From Podarcis melisellensis (Eukaryota), in NCBI GenBank assembly GCA_964234715.1, contig OZ174282.1: a stretch of DNA of 64,000 nt. One strand, 5' to 3'. Below are positions 48,970 to 61,532 of this stretch, in pieces. The position numbers and the translations under genes were made by a program. Each line of letters starts with the position of its first letter. The first letter of the stretch is position 1. The notes below the pieces were generated by a model. That model saw only the letters and a list, made by a program, of their open reading frames with translations. It made no database searches and was not told where the DNA came from.

Positions 48970-50254
48970 TTAGTCACTGAGCTTGCTGATTAATGAACAG
49001 TGACATTGCCCACCTTGCGCAGACTTTGCAAGAATTCCAGGGGAAGGAGGGGAGATGGAGAGAGTAGGCAGTGGGCCACATCCTGATGCACCACTTGTCC
49101 TTCCTTCTCTACCCAGTTCCTGGTCTCTCACGTGCAGCCCATCCCAGTTGTGTAAACAGAGATCCTTCCATGAGAATTAGGCACCTTCCCTACTTCCTTC
49201 AGCTGTTTCCTTGTAGAGACTTGCTGGGCTGTTGTAAAAAAACCAGCAGCAACAGCACCTCCTTCTGGCCAGTATCTCTGATCGGCAGCAACCTCTAGCC
49301 TACTGAGCTGCCCTCCTAGAATCTCAGGGAAGCTTTTCTTCTGGGAATGGGCGGAGCAGCAATTTGCATTCCTCTCATTCCAAAGCTTCTAAATGACACA
49401 CCTGCAAAGAGACATCACCTGTCTCCTGGGAGGAATAAAGGAGGGCAGGCAGGCAATGCTTTTACCTGGCTCTTCCAGCACAAAATAATAAGTGACATCC
49501 TTGTGGGCTTGTCTCATGGGCGGAAACCTATTAACGCTAATTAACTCGTTGCTAATTAATAACTCTACAGCCAAACAGTTCAGAAGGGATCATGAGCTAC
49601 TCTAGGAAACGATTTCATGGAGACCCAGAATTCCTCCTGGCACATTTTTGTCTCTCTGGAGGAGTGAAGTCTGGCCATCCCTGCCCTTCCTGGGGATGAA
49701 ATGTAACAATGTCTTCACAGCCACTGTCCTTAAGTCAGGGATGGAGAACATGTGTGTCTGTCAGTTGCTGTTAGATGCCTAACTCCCATCAGCCCAGTGG
49801 GAGTTATTATTAACATGTTAGAGGAATTAGTGGTTAATAAGATAAATGCCTTGTTTACTGTTCAGTTCTTCATTTGATAACCACAGCCTCTGCCTGTTCC
49901 ATCTGTCTGCAGCAGAAATATGATGTGGGTTTCTCTAGCAGGAGCTGACAATAATACATTGCAGATTTGTTAAGTGGAAATAACTGTTTGTACGATCGCA
50001 TCGCAGTAAAGCAGCTTGGTGCCTGTAGGACGCCAAAAATATGGCCCTGTGTCAATTAGTGTCTTTTTGGGTGATGGATCTCAGTAGATTTCACATCCTG
50101 ACAGAATCTAGAAAAACTAACAAGTCCCCCTGGACTGTTGGTCAAAGGGCCTGTATTCCACTGCCACTCTCATTGGTGACACTCTCTGGGGAGATGGCTG
50201 AGTGGCCTGTGCAGAAGGAAAAGCTAGCCTGTTTTTGTTTCTTGTGGTGTGCAG

Positions 50255-50338
50255 ATGCTGACGAAGCTGAAGGATGAGGACGAGAAGCTGACGGACCGAT
50301 CAGCTGCAGATCTAGACAACCTGAGGAACACAGACTGG
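50255..50338 (+). CDS. SPIRE2: SPIRE2 exon 4 (MLTKLKDED...LRNTDW)
   Basis: 84 nt, AG/GT bounded, phase 0. Confidence 0.95.
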
Positions 50339-50777
50339 GTACAGAGTGATGGGGGTGGGTGGGATGGGGGAATGTCACCTGGATAAATGGCTGGTGGCTC
50401 TGGGCTAGCCCCAGTGGGCTAACCATGGCAAGAGCTTCAAAGCTGGCCAGTGAACTTCAGTTTCTTTTCCTTGGACTAATCCTGGGGCTGCCAAGAGAGG
50501 CGCCCTGCATGCTGGTCCTGCTAGGTGTGGCATCAATTGCTACTCCAGCTTCACCTGCTCCAAACTGGGGGAGATTGCAAGGAGGGAATGTATGGGCCGT
50601 GTGTGTGTGTGTGTGTGCGCGCGCGCTGGGGGGCTATGTGACACAATGGCCTTAGGTAGAGTTCCCCAAGGTGGACCCAAAGATGGATTGCAGAGGCTCT
50701 TTCTGGGGGAGGAAGGGGCACGAGGTTCATGCCAAGCCATTTCTCGTCAGCGACTGATATTTCTCTGCCTGCTGCAG

Positions 50778-50942
50778 GCTCGGCTGTGGGTCCAGCTAAT
50801 GAGGGAGCTCCGCAATGGAGTCAAGCTCAAGAAGGTCCAGGAGAAGCAGTTCAACCCCTTGCCCACTGAGTACCAGCTGACGCCCTTCGAGATGCTGATG
50901 CAGGACATCCGGGCCCGCAACTATAAGCTCCGCAAGGTCATG
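50778..50942 (+). CDS. SPIRE2: SPIRE2 exon 5 (WH2 repeats, [20 protein letters not shown]...KLRKVM)
   Basis: 165 nt; LKKV and LRKV WH2 motifs. Confidence 0.98.
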
Positions 50943-51538
50943 GTGAGTGAGGTGGGTGGGTAGGTGTCCCTGGCTGTTTTGATCACTGCAGCAATAGGGC
51001 CCCTTTTCCTTTTCCTTTTTGTCTCTACCCCTGCCTACACCTCCCATAGCCTGGTCCTGCTGGACTATGTAAAGTGACAGGGAAATGCCCTGGAAAGAGT
51101 GGGATAACACTTGCTTTGACATCAGTGCCATCTAACCTCCCCACAAACAAATCAGAATGAATGCTCAATAAACAGGTTGCTCGGAAGCGCCTTCCCACTG
51201 TGTGGCTCCTGGGAGTCAGCAGGTAACTGGCTCTGCCCCCTGAGCCACCTGTTTTGGTTCCCCCTGATGGACCCACTAACAGGGGGGATTCCCACAAGCC
51301 TCAAGTCTGCCCATGTCTGGGCCATAGACCGAATCCATCCATCATGCTCGGAAATATTTCCAGAGACCCTCTCGGGAGGGAGCTAAAACTGGTAGGATCA
51401 CACATGTAGCTGTTCACACTTTCAGAGTTTCTTACGGCATTCACCAAAGGCAAAACTGGGGACAGGACAGGTGCTGGGAAAGAGGAACACTTGGATAGCA
51501 TCCAGCTGCTAATTCTTCCTCTTTGGGGCATCTACCAG

Positions 51539-51625
51539 GTGGACGGCGACATTCCTCCCAAGGTGAAGAAGGATGCGCATGAGCTTATCCTTGACTTCAT
51601 AAGATCTCGGCCGCCCCTGAGACAG
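51539..51625 (+). CDS. SPIRE2: SPIRE2 exon 6 (VDGDIPP...[11 protein letters not shown])
   Basis: 87 nt, AG/GT bounded; WH2 region. Confidence 0.97.
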
Positions 51626-52410
51626 GTAGGTGGAAAAGGTTATTCTCAGGAAGAAGCCCCCTGCCCCCAGTTTTGGGTTGGTCCTGTAGCCTGGCAGGGG
51701 TTTGCTTTTGGATCCGGGGAACCAAACATTATGAACTTAAGAGGCTGCTGATTCCCTAGCCTAGCAGATTGGCAGGGGACTCTCCCGGTTATTTACCCAC
51801 TGTTTTGCAATCTCCATCTGATTTGTGGGTGGTTCAACTATTGGGAAACCCTTTGAGAACCTCATGCCAATAAGGAGTGTGGTCAAGGTGGGCATGGCCA
51901 CCTAAGGTGTGTCTACACAGTGTCTGCAAGAGAGGAATGGGCATCTTAGGTCACACTCTGGGTCCCTCCAGTGTTTTCTTCTTAGGGGGACTGTGCTGTG
52001 CGAGGAAAGAAGATCCTCCTGTGAAACTCTATTTACTTTTTTCTTGCCACTGCTGTGTGACTGCCACTGGCAAAATCACGAGGGGTCTCAGGTTGGGCAG
52101 GCAAATAAATGCCAGTAGGGATGGGCAGACCTTGCCCACTGGCCAACAGTTTGCCACCTCTGTCTCAACTGGCTGTGCCAGGGCTTGATCCTGGGGCTCT
52201 TCTGTAAGCTGAGAGTGTGTGCCCTGCAACTTGACCGATGGGGATTTTACTTGGACATGTGGAACTTCTTGTGCAGTTGCTGTATCTTGGTTACTCTGTT
52301 ACCTTAGTTTTGTGGGATCAACATTCCTTATGGATCCTTAATAAGGAAGGTGGCAATTAACTATATAGCCCTTCTGAAAATGAAAAACTGCCCTTCCGAC
52401 CTGGCTGCAG

Positions 52411-52534
52411 GCTTCGGAACGGAGGCTGCGCCCCATTCCTCAGAAACAGAGGACGCTCCATGAGAAAATCCTGGAGGAGATCAAGCAGGAAAGGAAGCTC
52501 CGACCTGTGGCATCACGGCACCAGAATCAGAAAG
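52411..52534 (+). CDS. SPIRE2: SPIRE2 exon 7 (ASERRLRP...LHEKILEEIKQERKLRPV)
   Basis: 124 nt, AG/GT bounded; fourth WH2. Confidence 0.97.
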
Positions 52535-53391
52535 GTAAGCCTGCGATGATGAGAAAGGCTAAGGGGAATCCTTAATGCTAGTGTGCAACATGTTCATCAG
52601 TAAGTACATGGGGCCATTCAGGCCATATTTGTATAAGGTATTTGTATGCCACTATCATTCACATTTCGATGCTGGGTCCAGAAATTACGTGGGAAATGGG
52701 AGGGGCAAAAGTTGGGACCTAAGTTATTGGGTCCAGTGGGAAACTCTGAACTCAACAGTGCAAATCTCAGAAATGTCTAAGTGATCAAAAAACCTGGAAC
52801 AACTGCAGAGATTCCGTTTTGTGGAACCAGCTGTTACTGGGACTGGTGGAAGATGGCTTTGAAGCTGTCTGAATGTCTTGGATCAGCCAAAACATACGGA
52901 GGGCACCAGGTTAGGGAAGTAGAGTTAGTTACACAAAACACTCTCCAATGAGAGGAGAAATGTCAGTCATGTGCCCAGTGTATTCCAAGGGTGGTACTCA
53001 ATGCTACTCCTGCTCAGAGTAATGAACATGACTAAGTAATTTCAATAGGTTTAGTATTCAACTCCAGATAGATTTTTTTTTAATAAAAAGGAGAAGCAAT
53101 GTCAAAATATTCAATATGTCTAGCAATTTATAGATAGAAAGGGGCTGTATCCAATGTTCGTCCTACTCAGAGTAGACCCATTGAAAGTAATGGGCATTTT
53201 AAAGATGTTTCATCACTTGCTGTTTTCCTCCCTGGGCTTCTTTGGGTGGAGAGGTGGGATATAAATAAATTGGGCACATTAATTTCAGTGGGTCTTCTCT
53301 GAATGGGATTTAGGTGGCCCCAACTCTAGAAGCTGTTGTGCTGCTGCTGGGCCCTCATGGTGCTGCCATCCTTGTTCTCCTCCTCTTCCAG

Positions 53392-53564
53392 GGTTTGGCT
53401 CCCTCCCCTGCATCCTGAATGCCTGCTCCAGCAATGTGACCTCAACTTCCTGCATCAACCTCTCAGATGTCTCCGACGCCAATGCCCTGCCCCAGCGCCA
53501 GAGGCCTAGGGTCTTGCTGAAGGCTCCCACGCTGGCAGAGATGGAGGAGATGTTGACCTCGGAG
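53392..53564 (+). CDS. SPIRE2: SPIRE2 exon 8 (GFGSLPCILNAC...RPRVLLKAPTLAEMEEM, myosin V binding region)
   Basis: 173 nt, AG/GT bounded; conserved GTBM-like sequence. Confidence 0.97.
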
Positions 53565-53807
53565 GTGAGAACCAAGCTTTTTGCCTCTCTTGACACCTTC
53601 AGGAAGAAGAGTTCTTTAGCCTGCAGGAACTGGTGCTGTGCTGCAATGGAGACACTTTGCCACCCTATTGCTCCTTGGTCCCAGCCACCATGTTGCCTTG
53701 TACTGCACATGGCGCCCGGAGGTGTCTGGAAATGGTGGGGATGCACTTTGTGGTGGTGCCTGTGGAATCAGCCTTCAACTGCATTGCCTGATGTTACCAG
53801 TTGGCAG

Positions 53808-54141
53808 TAGGGATGGAGGATAAATTAGATTTTAATGAGAAGTTACCTAATGCACACTTCCTGAACCGAAATAATTACCATTTTAAATTTGTACTGCTAC
53901 AAATTTTGCAATGCAGTTCTCCAGCCAAACAGTCATGCATATATGAAGGAGAAGTGAGCATTGCAATACATAACATACAAAAACGCATTATGTTAGAGAA
54001 AATTGCTTGCAAAAGTGTACATATTAGTCAAAAATGCTGATTTTTCAAGAGGATTAAAAAATATATTATTTAAAAACCACAAACTGCTGCATAAATGCGA
54101 AAAAAATTAGAAAACTGAAATGGGCAGATTCACCCATCTCT
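53808..54141. mobile_element. Non-autonomous DNA element; related copy about 28710-29135
   Basis: AGGGATGG...CCATCTCT termini; shared TGCAATGCAGTTCTCCAGCCAA core. Confidence 0.65.
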
Positions 54142-54377
54142 GCCAGTCTCTGGAATTACAAACTTGAGAGTGTTGTTGTTCTCATGTCCTGCTTGTGGGC
54201 TTCTTGTTTGATTGGCTGTAAGAGCAGATCCTGGAGTAGATGCTATGCCCGCCCGCCCCCCAGCCTGACCCAGCTGCTGCAGAGATTTTCTGATGTTCTT
54301 GGGCTCAAAAGCTATTCTCTCAAGTGTGACCTCTTGCATCGAATAATACACCTATTCCTGCTCCCTTTTCTCTGCAG

Positions 54378-54552
54378 GAAGAAGACTCTCCAAGCTCCGA
54401 GGCTGTACAGGAACCAGGTCCACTGATGCCCCTGAAGCGTGACCGCTCCTTCTCGGAGCAAGACTTGGCCCAGTTTCAGAGCGAAAGCGGTGGTGGCCAG
54501 CCTGACTCAGAGTATTTGGGACGCAGTGGGTCTGAACCGAGACCCCGCTCAG
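54378..54552 (+). CDS. SPIRE2: SPIRE2 exon 9 (EEDSP...LKRDRSFSEQDLAQ...RPRS)
   Basis: 175 nt, AG/GT bounded; LKRDRSFSE conserved. Confidence 0.95.
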
Positions 54553-54867
54553 GTACCGAGAGCCCTGCATGGACCAGCATGGAAAATACGGGCAAGTGCA
54601 CTCCCCACCCCCCACCCCCGCTTTCCAACTCCACCCAAGCCTTTCTTCCTAACTCTCCACACACTGACACTCTGGTTCTAAGTTGGTTAAATGCATGGTG
54701 TGTTTGCAACCTGAGGGACCCAGCAGCTCTGCACTAAAATAGCATGAGTCCTGCACTGACCAATGTGGAGGAAATGGGCAAGTCTGTCTCTGTCTGTCTC
54801 TCAACGTGCACATATACCAAGATGGCACTGACTCTGGTCTTGTTGGCATTCTGTCTTCGTCCTCCAG

Positions 54868-55010
54868 GTTCGGTTCCCGCCAGCTACCAGCAGGCTCCCT
54901 GTGGTGCCAGTCCTTTCCCCCCCAAGCATGGTGTCCTCAGCTCTGTGGACGAGAAGTCAGAGGCTGGTTCCAGTACTGCCTCAGATGTCAACTTGAAATA
55001 TTTGTGGCTG
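54868..55010 (+). CDS. SPIRE2: SPIRE2 exon 10 (GSVPASY...LKYLWL)
   Basis: 143 nt, AG/GTAAGT; phase 1 to 0. Confidence 0.93.
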
Positions 55011-55944
55011 GTAAGTATTCGGTATGAATCAAACTCTCATGGAGTGTGGTGTTCCTGTGCACTGGGTAAACTCCCAGCCTCCTGATGTGAGGCTGGACAG
55101 GGAAGGAGCACCTGTTCCCTGTCCTGGTCTTAGTCTGGCATGCCCCAAATGTGCAGTAAGCTGAGATGTTGTCACAACCTGGATGAAAACTTGCCTAGAA
55201 TGAATGGCATGGGTGGAAGGGAGGGAGAACTGCAAGGTACCTGTAAGATTTGGAGCATGGGCCCAGAGACTCAGATTTGCCTAAAATACACTTATGCTAA
55301 TTTATATGTATAGATACAGATTTACAAGTTAAATATGTCACAAAAAGCAAACCAGACAATATCTTTGCTCCAGATCACTCCAAATAAGTTCTTCCTTTTT
55401 CTCCCACCCCAGACAGTCCCAAATTTGTTCCTCTGCCTTTAATTAATTTCCTTATGGACACTGTTCCAGATAGTCCCCTTCATTTAGTTCATTCATTAGC
55501 CCCAAAACATTGAGAGATAAAGTCATCTTAAATTAATGTATTCCTCCAATTAATATTACACCACCAAAATGCTTGTGGCACTCAGGAAAAAGGTTTGGAG
55601 CCTGAGCCCCTTTCCTCCACAGCCTTATCAACACCCCAGTGGGTGGTCTGAATACACACTATGGGGCTGGAAAGATCTGTCTGTTTCAGTTTTCTCAGGT
55701 TCCCATTTTTTCAATCTGCTGGAAACAATTTAAAGAACAGCGTCATATACTTAGAGCCACCCCTGATTTAAGGGCTCTTCCGCTGAAGTAATAGGTGCAG
55801 ATCCAAGTTTTGCTCTCCTGTTAAAAAGGAGCTAGCAGGGGAAGAAAGACTTGGTCAGAGTGAACAATACTGGGCTAGTTGGACCAACAGCCTGGTGGTC
55901 AAAGGTGGCTCCTATGTCCTTCTGTTCTCTCCTCTCTCCAGCAG

Positions 55945-56079
55945 GAGTTCAGCCACCCTGTGGAGAGCCTGGCACTCACTGTGGAGGAGATGATCAATGT
56001 GCGGCGGGTGTTGGTGAAAGCAGAGATGGAGAAGTTCTTGCAGAGCAAGGAGCTGTACAGCAGCCTGAAGAAAGGGAAG
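55945..56079 (+). CDS. SPIRE2: SPIRE2 exon 11 (Spir-box, EFSHPVESLALTVEE...KKGK)
   Basis: 135 nt; CAGCAG tandem acceptor, alternative start 55942. Confidence 0.96.
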
Positions 56080-56204
56080 GTGAGAGTTGGAGGGTGTGGG
56101 ACTGGGTGTCTGTGTGTGCTGCTGAGGGGGGGGCCTCTTGCACTGAACAATAGTCAGCTTGGAAGCTCAAGTGTCTCCTTCCCCCCTCCCCTCTCACCAC
56201 TCAG

Positions 56205-56272
56205 ATCTGCTGCTGCTGCAAAACCAAGTTTGCTCTGTTTTCCTGGCCCCCGACTTGCCTGTTCTGCAAGAG
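56205..56272 (+). CDS. SPIRE2: SPIRE2 exon 12 (modified FYVE, ICCCCKTKFALFSWPPTCLFCK)
   Basis: 68 nt, AG/GT bounded. Confidence 0.97.
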
Positions 56273-56381
56273 GTGAGCAAGCTCTGTTTGTGTGGTCCAG
56301 GCCCGGGAGTGTTGTTGGTTGATGGCTGCTGAAGGGGCTCCTTCCTTTGATCTGATGTTGGTTTCCCCTTTTTGGTTTTAG

Positions 56382-56409
56382 GTCTGTCTGCAGCTCCTGT
56401 AGTCTAAAG
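56382..56409 (+). CDS. SPIRE2: SPIRE2 exon 13 (SVCSSCSLK)
   Basis: 28 nt, TAG/GTAAGA; phase 2 to 0; CxxC pair. Confidence 0.95.
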
Positions 56410-56777
56410 GTAAGAGACTCTTGGCTCTGCCCATGACAGGAATATTCCCCCTGGTGCAAGAGCAAAAGGTGAGCCCACTTGTGGCTCAGAAGATGGTTTT
56501 CTCCCATCTTCTGAAGATCTACACCGGATAAGGGCCATCCAGGTATCATTGGACTCCAACTCCCATCAGCCCCAGCCAGTATTGTCCATGGCTAAGAATG
56601 ATGGGAGCTGTAGATTGAAAACAGGTCCCCTATCCCTGACCTACAATAAACATCTCGTTCAAAATACAGTAGGATACAGTGCTGGCCCTTGCTGTGGTGA
56701 TGACTCCCTGTCATGACAGTGATGTTCAGTGCTCCTGCTCTTCACCTTTGCTGAGAACCTTTCTTATGTCCTCCTAG

Positions 56778-56893
56778 ATCAAGATGCCTTCAAAGAAGCT
56801 TGCCCATATCCCGGTCTATGCCCTGGGCTTTGAGACCCTTCCAGGCTCGTTGGGTACAAAGGCACCTCCATTCCGGAGGAGGGAGGCTTTCCA
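56778..56893 (+). CDS. SPIRE2: SPIRE2 exon 14 (IKMPSKKLAHIPVYALGFE...)
   Basis: 116 nt, TAG/GTAAGT. Confidence 0.96.
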
Positions 56894-57987
56894 GTAAGTA
56901 GGACCCCTACACACTCTCTGCATCTGTCTCCCCCACCCTCAGTTCATTCATGAATGCACTGTGCTCTGTATGATTCCTGGTGGAGTTAAGGGCCTTAAAT
57001 AGAACAGTGCAACGCTACCCCCTTTCCTCTGTCATCCAGGATTGGAGACAACAGGCCTTACTTCGTTGCAAATGCTTAGGGAGAGAAATTTGCCATTGCA
57101 AATTTTATGTGGCCTTAGCCAGGCCCAAGAAGGATATGAGGTGGCAAAGTTTCTTCCAGGGCACTTGTGTGCTCATGATTCTATGAATACACCACAAAAG
57201 ACTGGATTAGTTTTCTTTTAAATAAGTCGTCTACTATTTATGGGGGTAAGCTTGTTTGCAGAGGTCTTACTTGAGCTACAGGGGGCTGAGAGTTGATACA
57301 GCTGAGCAGCAGAGCTCTGCATAGAGTGGAGCTGGTACCATCACTCTGTCTTCTTGAAATCATGAAGACATTTGAAAGCTGAGGAGGCTGGGGTTGTTTG
57401 CAAGACGGGATTCAGGTGGCTTTAGAAATAAGTTACTACTATATTAATGGACTGAACTAAATAGTTGCACTAGTGGGAGCCAGCAGATAGAGTCTCACTA
57501 GTGCAACTAGGTATTCCTTCCATGCTCCTCCCCCACAAATTAGCCATGGGGAGTTGAAAGTACCACCAGAATAGTGCATGATGGGAGGAGAGTGGAGTTC
57601 ATTCCACCATGAAATTGGAAATGCTTACGCCAATGGAACTATTGCCTTAGCACAAATCCACCTAATAATAATTGTCATCAATATTATCATCATCACTCAG
57701 CTTTCCACCAAGGAGCTCAAATTGGGGTACTTTGTGGCTCTCCCCCTCCCCATTTTATCCTCACAAACAACCCTGTGAGGTAGACTAGGCTGAGAGGTAG
57801 GCTAGGCAGTGCACTTCATGCCTGAGTGGGGATTTGAACCCTTATCCTGCCAGCCCAGTGTTCTAGCTGCTACGTCAGTGTCGTCATCCTAGCTGAGCCA
57901 GGGGGCTGTCAGTCACCAGGCTTAGTTGTCTGTCTTGGGGCATTTGTGACGGATCCCCCTCTGCCCCCACCCCACTTGCCTTTCCAG

Positions 57988-58192
57988 CTCCTTGCAGGGC
58001 ACGTGCTGGCGCAGCGTGGAGGAGGAATTCCCGTACATCTATGCGCATGGCTCTGTGCTCAAGGATGTTTGCAGTGACTGTTCCGGGTTCGTCACGGATG
58101 TCGTCAGCTCCAGCCGCAAGAGCATGGACATCCTGAACACCACCCCGTGCAGGAGCCGCAAGACCCAGTCCCTTTACATCCCTTCCAGTTAA
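57988..58192 (+). CDS. SPIRE2: SPIRE2 terminal coding exon 15 (SLQGTCWRSVEEEFP...TQSLYIPSS*)
   Basis: 205 nt including TAA; joined CDS is 2256 nt, 751 aa, no internal stop. Confidence 0.96.
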
Positions 58193-61100
58193 ATGACCCT
58201 CCTCTGCTGCTGGTCTCCTCCACAAGCCCCCTGCCCTCTGCACCCAACCTTCATTCTTTGATCCTCTGTATTTCCCAGCCCCCAGCAAGGAGGATGCAGG
58301 GGCTCTCTGGCCAAGGAAGCTTCAGCTGGCTTTGTCTGGACCTGTTGCCTCCTGGCTTCCTTGCTTCTCTGTCCAGCCCATCTCCTCCTTTCCCTCCATC
58401 CCAGCCTCCCATGAACATCCCCTGCCTGGCCTGCCTGCGTGTGTACATATATACATAACCTTATAGAGACACTATATTTATATCTGTTGATCAGCTGCTG
58501 TGGTCCATGGGCTACGTTTGGTCTGGGAATGCCCCTGCTTGGCAAACGAGGACTCTGCTGAAGTCTTCCCACCAACAACCTTTTTTGGATTGTAAGAAAG
58601 ACGGATGTGGGGCAGGATAATTCCAGAGTGTTTGGAAGCCTGGCCATCTAAGTTGCTGCAAATGCAACCTTGAAATCCCAGATGCAGCCACCCCAGAGGA
58701 TGACCTTGTTCCCTTGAGGGCTCTGCCCTTTCAGTCATACTAGCAAGAGAAGCTCTCTCTGAGATGTCTTACCTGTGCAGCTTCTAGTCTTATGGGAAGC
58801 AGGCCCATTGTGCCATGACCTGTCTGCTGCTTTCCAATATCTTCCTCCAAGCTGTTTCTCCTCCCCCCCCCCCCCGCCCTTCTCGGTGATGTCTTGATTA
58901 TCTGCTCCCTCCCAGCACCAAGCAGCAGGAGGTGCTTTTTAAAATGTGTTCAGACTATCATTGTCTGTTTTCTAATCCCTAGTTTTTTTGGGCTCCTTGG
59001 GTTTAGGAGGCAAGGGGTAATTTTTGTAATCATTTAGACAAAGGCTGAACATTTCCCACACAGTGGGTTTTGTGTGGCTGCCAGAACTACAGTTGGGGGG
59101 TTGCATGGCTGCTAGGGATGAGCCAGGCCCCGACAAGAGTATCAGCTGTGTGTGGCAGGATCCTGCAGGCAATGTCTCCTCGTGCAGAAGAGGACTCTGG
59201 CTCTCCAAAAGCTGATAAGATGAGCAGTCTATTTCCACATGTCCCATACCCCCACTCCATTCAGGATTGCCATGAAAATAGAAAACAGAGGTGCACAACG
59301 GAGCTCTCCCTGTGAGGACAGAATGAAAGCCAGATCCAGCCCATGCCAGGCCTGGGCTAGGGTGAGTCTTGCCACTGCCCTTAAGAGAATTTGGAGAGAG
59401 GAGATTGGGATATGCAGGGCTGCCCCTGAGTCTTTCAACCACCTTCCCTGTCAAACCTGCTGCTGTGGTGGCCAGCACATGTAAATTGGCTGTGCCATGG
59501 CATACTGAGCTCATCTTCCCTTGATAGCTAATTTCCACACCCTGGAAGCACCCCAAAAACAGAGGCTGTAAATGCAAAATCCACAGCCCTAGTATGCCAA
59601 ATTAGCACATCAGCACTATACATTTAAAACACTATGGTACTACTTTAAATAGTCTTGGCTTCCCCCAAGGAATCCTGGGGCATGTAGTTTGTTAAGTGTA
59701 CTTAAGAGTTCTGAAGAGACTCCCATTCCCCTCACAGAGCCACAATTCCCAGCATTGTTTAACAATCAATCCTTTGCAGGGAATTCTGGGAACTGTAGCT
59801 GGGGGGTGGGATGCAGGTCGTCTTATACCACTCAGCACCCTTGACAAACTACACTTCCCAGGGTCCTTTAGGAGAAGCCATAATTGCTTAAAGCAGTATG
59901 ATACTGTTTCATATGTATAGTGCAGATGGGGCCAGAGACTATTGAGTGTGGCTAGCGGAATGGGGAGTGGATCAATTTATCTTTGACAGGTGGATAGAGA
60001 AGGGTCTTGCTTCTCCTACCCTTTTGTCTTTTCCCTGGATCGGTTTTATTCAACCTGGAAGGCAGCACTTCTGCCGTCTCTGGTCTGCTTATTTCTGCCA
60101 GGGATGATGACAGATCTGCCTTTGAATGTTCAAGTGTGAGACCAGGCTGGGATAAGCTAAATTCCTCGCTAGCAATGGCAGCCCAGTCTTCTTCCACAAG
60201 TGAACCATTCAGTCTTCTGAGCAGCAAAGACAGCCAATACCCTGTGGCTCCCTAAGGATGCAATTTATTATGGTATAAGCCAAAGGTAGACAACATGGTG
60301 TCCTCTGGGAGTGGTGGACCACAACTCCCATCAGCCCTATCCAGCATGGCTAATGGACAGAAATGATGAGAACTCTAGTCTACCACATATGAAAGGTACC
60401 CCAACATACGTTTTCATGGACTAGTGGACCACTGCATCTGACAAAGTGGATTTCTAGTCCCCAAAAGCTGATGCCATAATGAATGAAGTCTTTAAAGTGC
60501 CACAGGACACTATTTTTTATTTTATTATTTTTGTTATATTTAGCCTTGTAGCTCTGGGCTTTATTCTGTGGCATGGGCCATGGGCTGCAAGGTGCCAGCC
60601 TGGTGTTGCCCATTTGTCCTGTTGAGAAAGTGGGCTTCAGTACTGCCACTTGGGCTTGGCAAGAGCCTCCATGGCTCCATTCCTGCATGTCACCTACCCA
60701 CAGTGGCTCTGCTGCTCAGGATCTCAACCGGCTACTTAAGACAACCTTGGACCACTTCTGTGGCTCAGAACTAGCACCATCTCCTGCCAAGCCTGCACAC
60801 AGTCTCAAAAGCTGCACACACACACACACTCTCTCTCTCCCCCTTCCTCTTCCTGCCCCAGGGGACGTAACTGCTTCCTAAAATGCCACTAGTTTTGTGT
60901 ACAGCACCATAAGAGCTCCACATTTTGTATCTTGCCAATACTTGCAAACGCCAAATATACAGTTCATGCAGTCGGTGCTTTACAGTGGAACAGACTGTGT
61001 ACCTGCAGGTGCACAGCTGGATGTGCAAATACCTACTTGTACAACCAGTCGGTTATGGGGTGAGGATTAAGTGCTTGTCAATTTGCACATGATGCAAGTG

Positions 61101-61532
61101 GAAAAAGCAAGGACTGAGTTACACAGGGGATTGAGAGAGGACATTGTAGAAACAAATCAGGTGGAGTGTTATGAAGGTCAAAGAGGAAGCCAGGTGTTTG
61201 CAGGTGATTGCTCAAGCCTGTTTTTCCTCGGTGCTGAGAAAGGAAGGTAATCCAGCTATAGGAACCGCTAGTGCTTTTCACTGCCACTGCTACTTCTATT
61301 GCTGTTTGTGCCAATCTGCTTGCTTGGAGTCTTGCCTTGGCTGCATCGTGCTGGCTGCTGCCTCTGGAGTTCAACATGCCTTATCACCCTGCTCACCTTC
61401 TTTGCAATAATTCATTGCACTCTGTGTCAAAAGGGGTGTGTGTGCTCCCTCCTTTTTCTTGTATGTTCTGCCTGCACTTACTCTCCCCATCAACAAATGT
61501 TTTATACGCAGCCTGTATTGTAAAGAGTTGTA

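Noticed and set aside
57988-57997. Second AG 10 nt into SPIRE2 exon 15
   Set aside because: Use would frameshift the conserved C-terminus; no evidence of use
58972-59577. 201-aa antisense ORF in the SPIRE2 3' UTR
   Set aside because: Non-ATG start, no recognisable domain, no promoter or splice support
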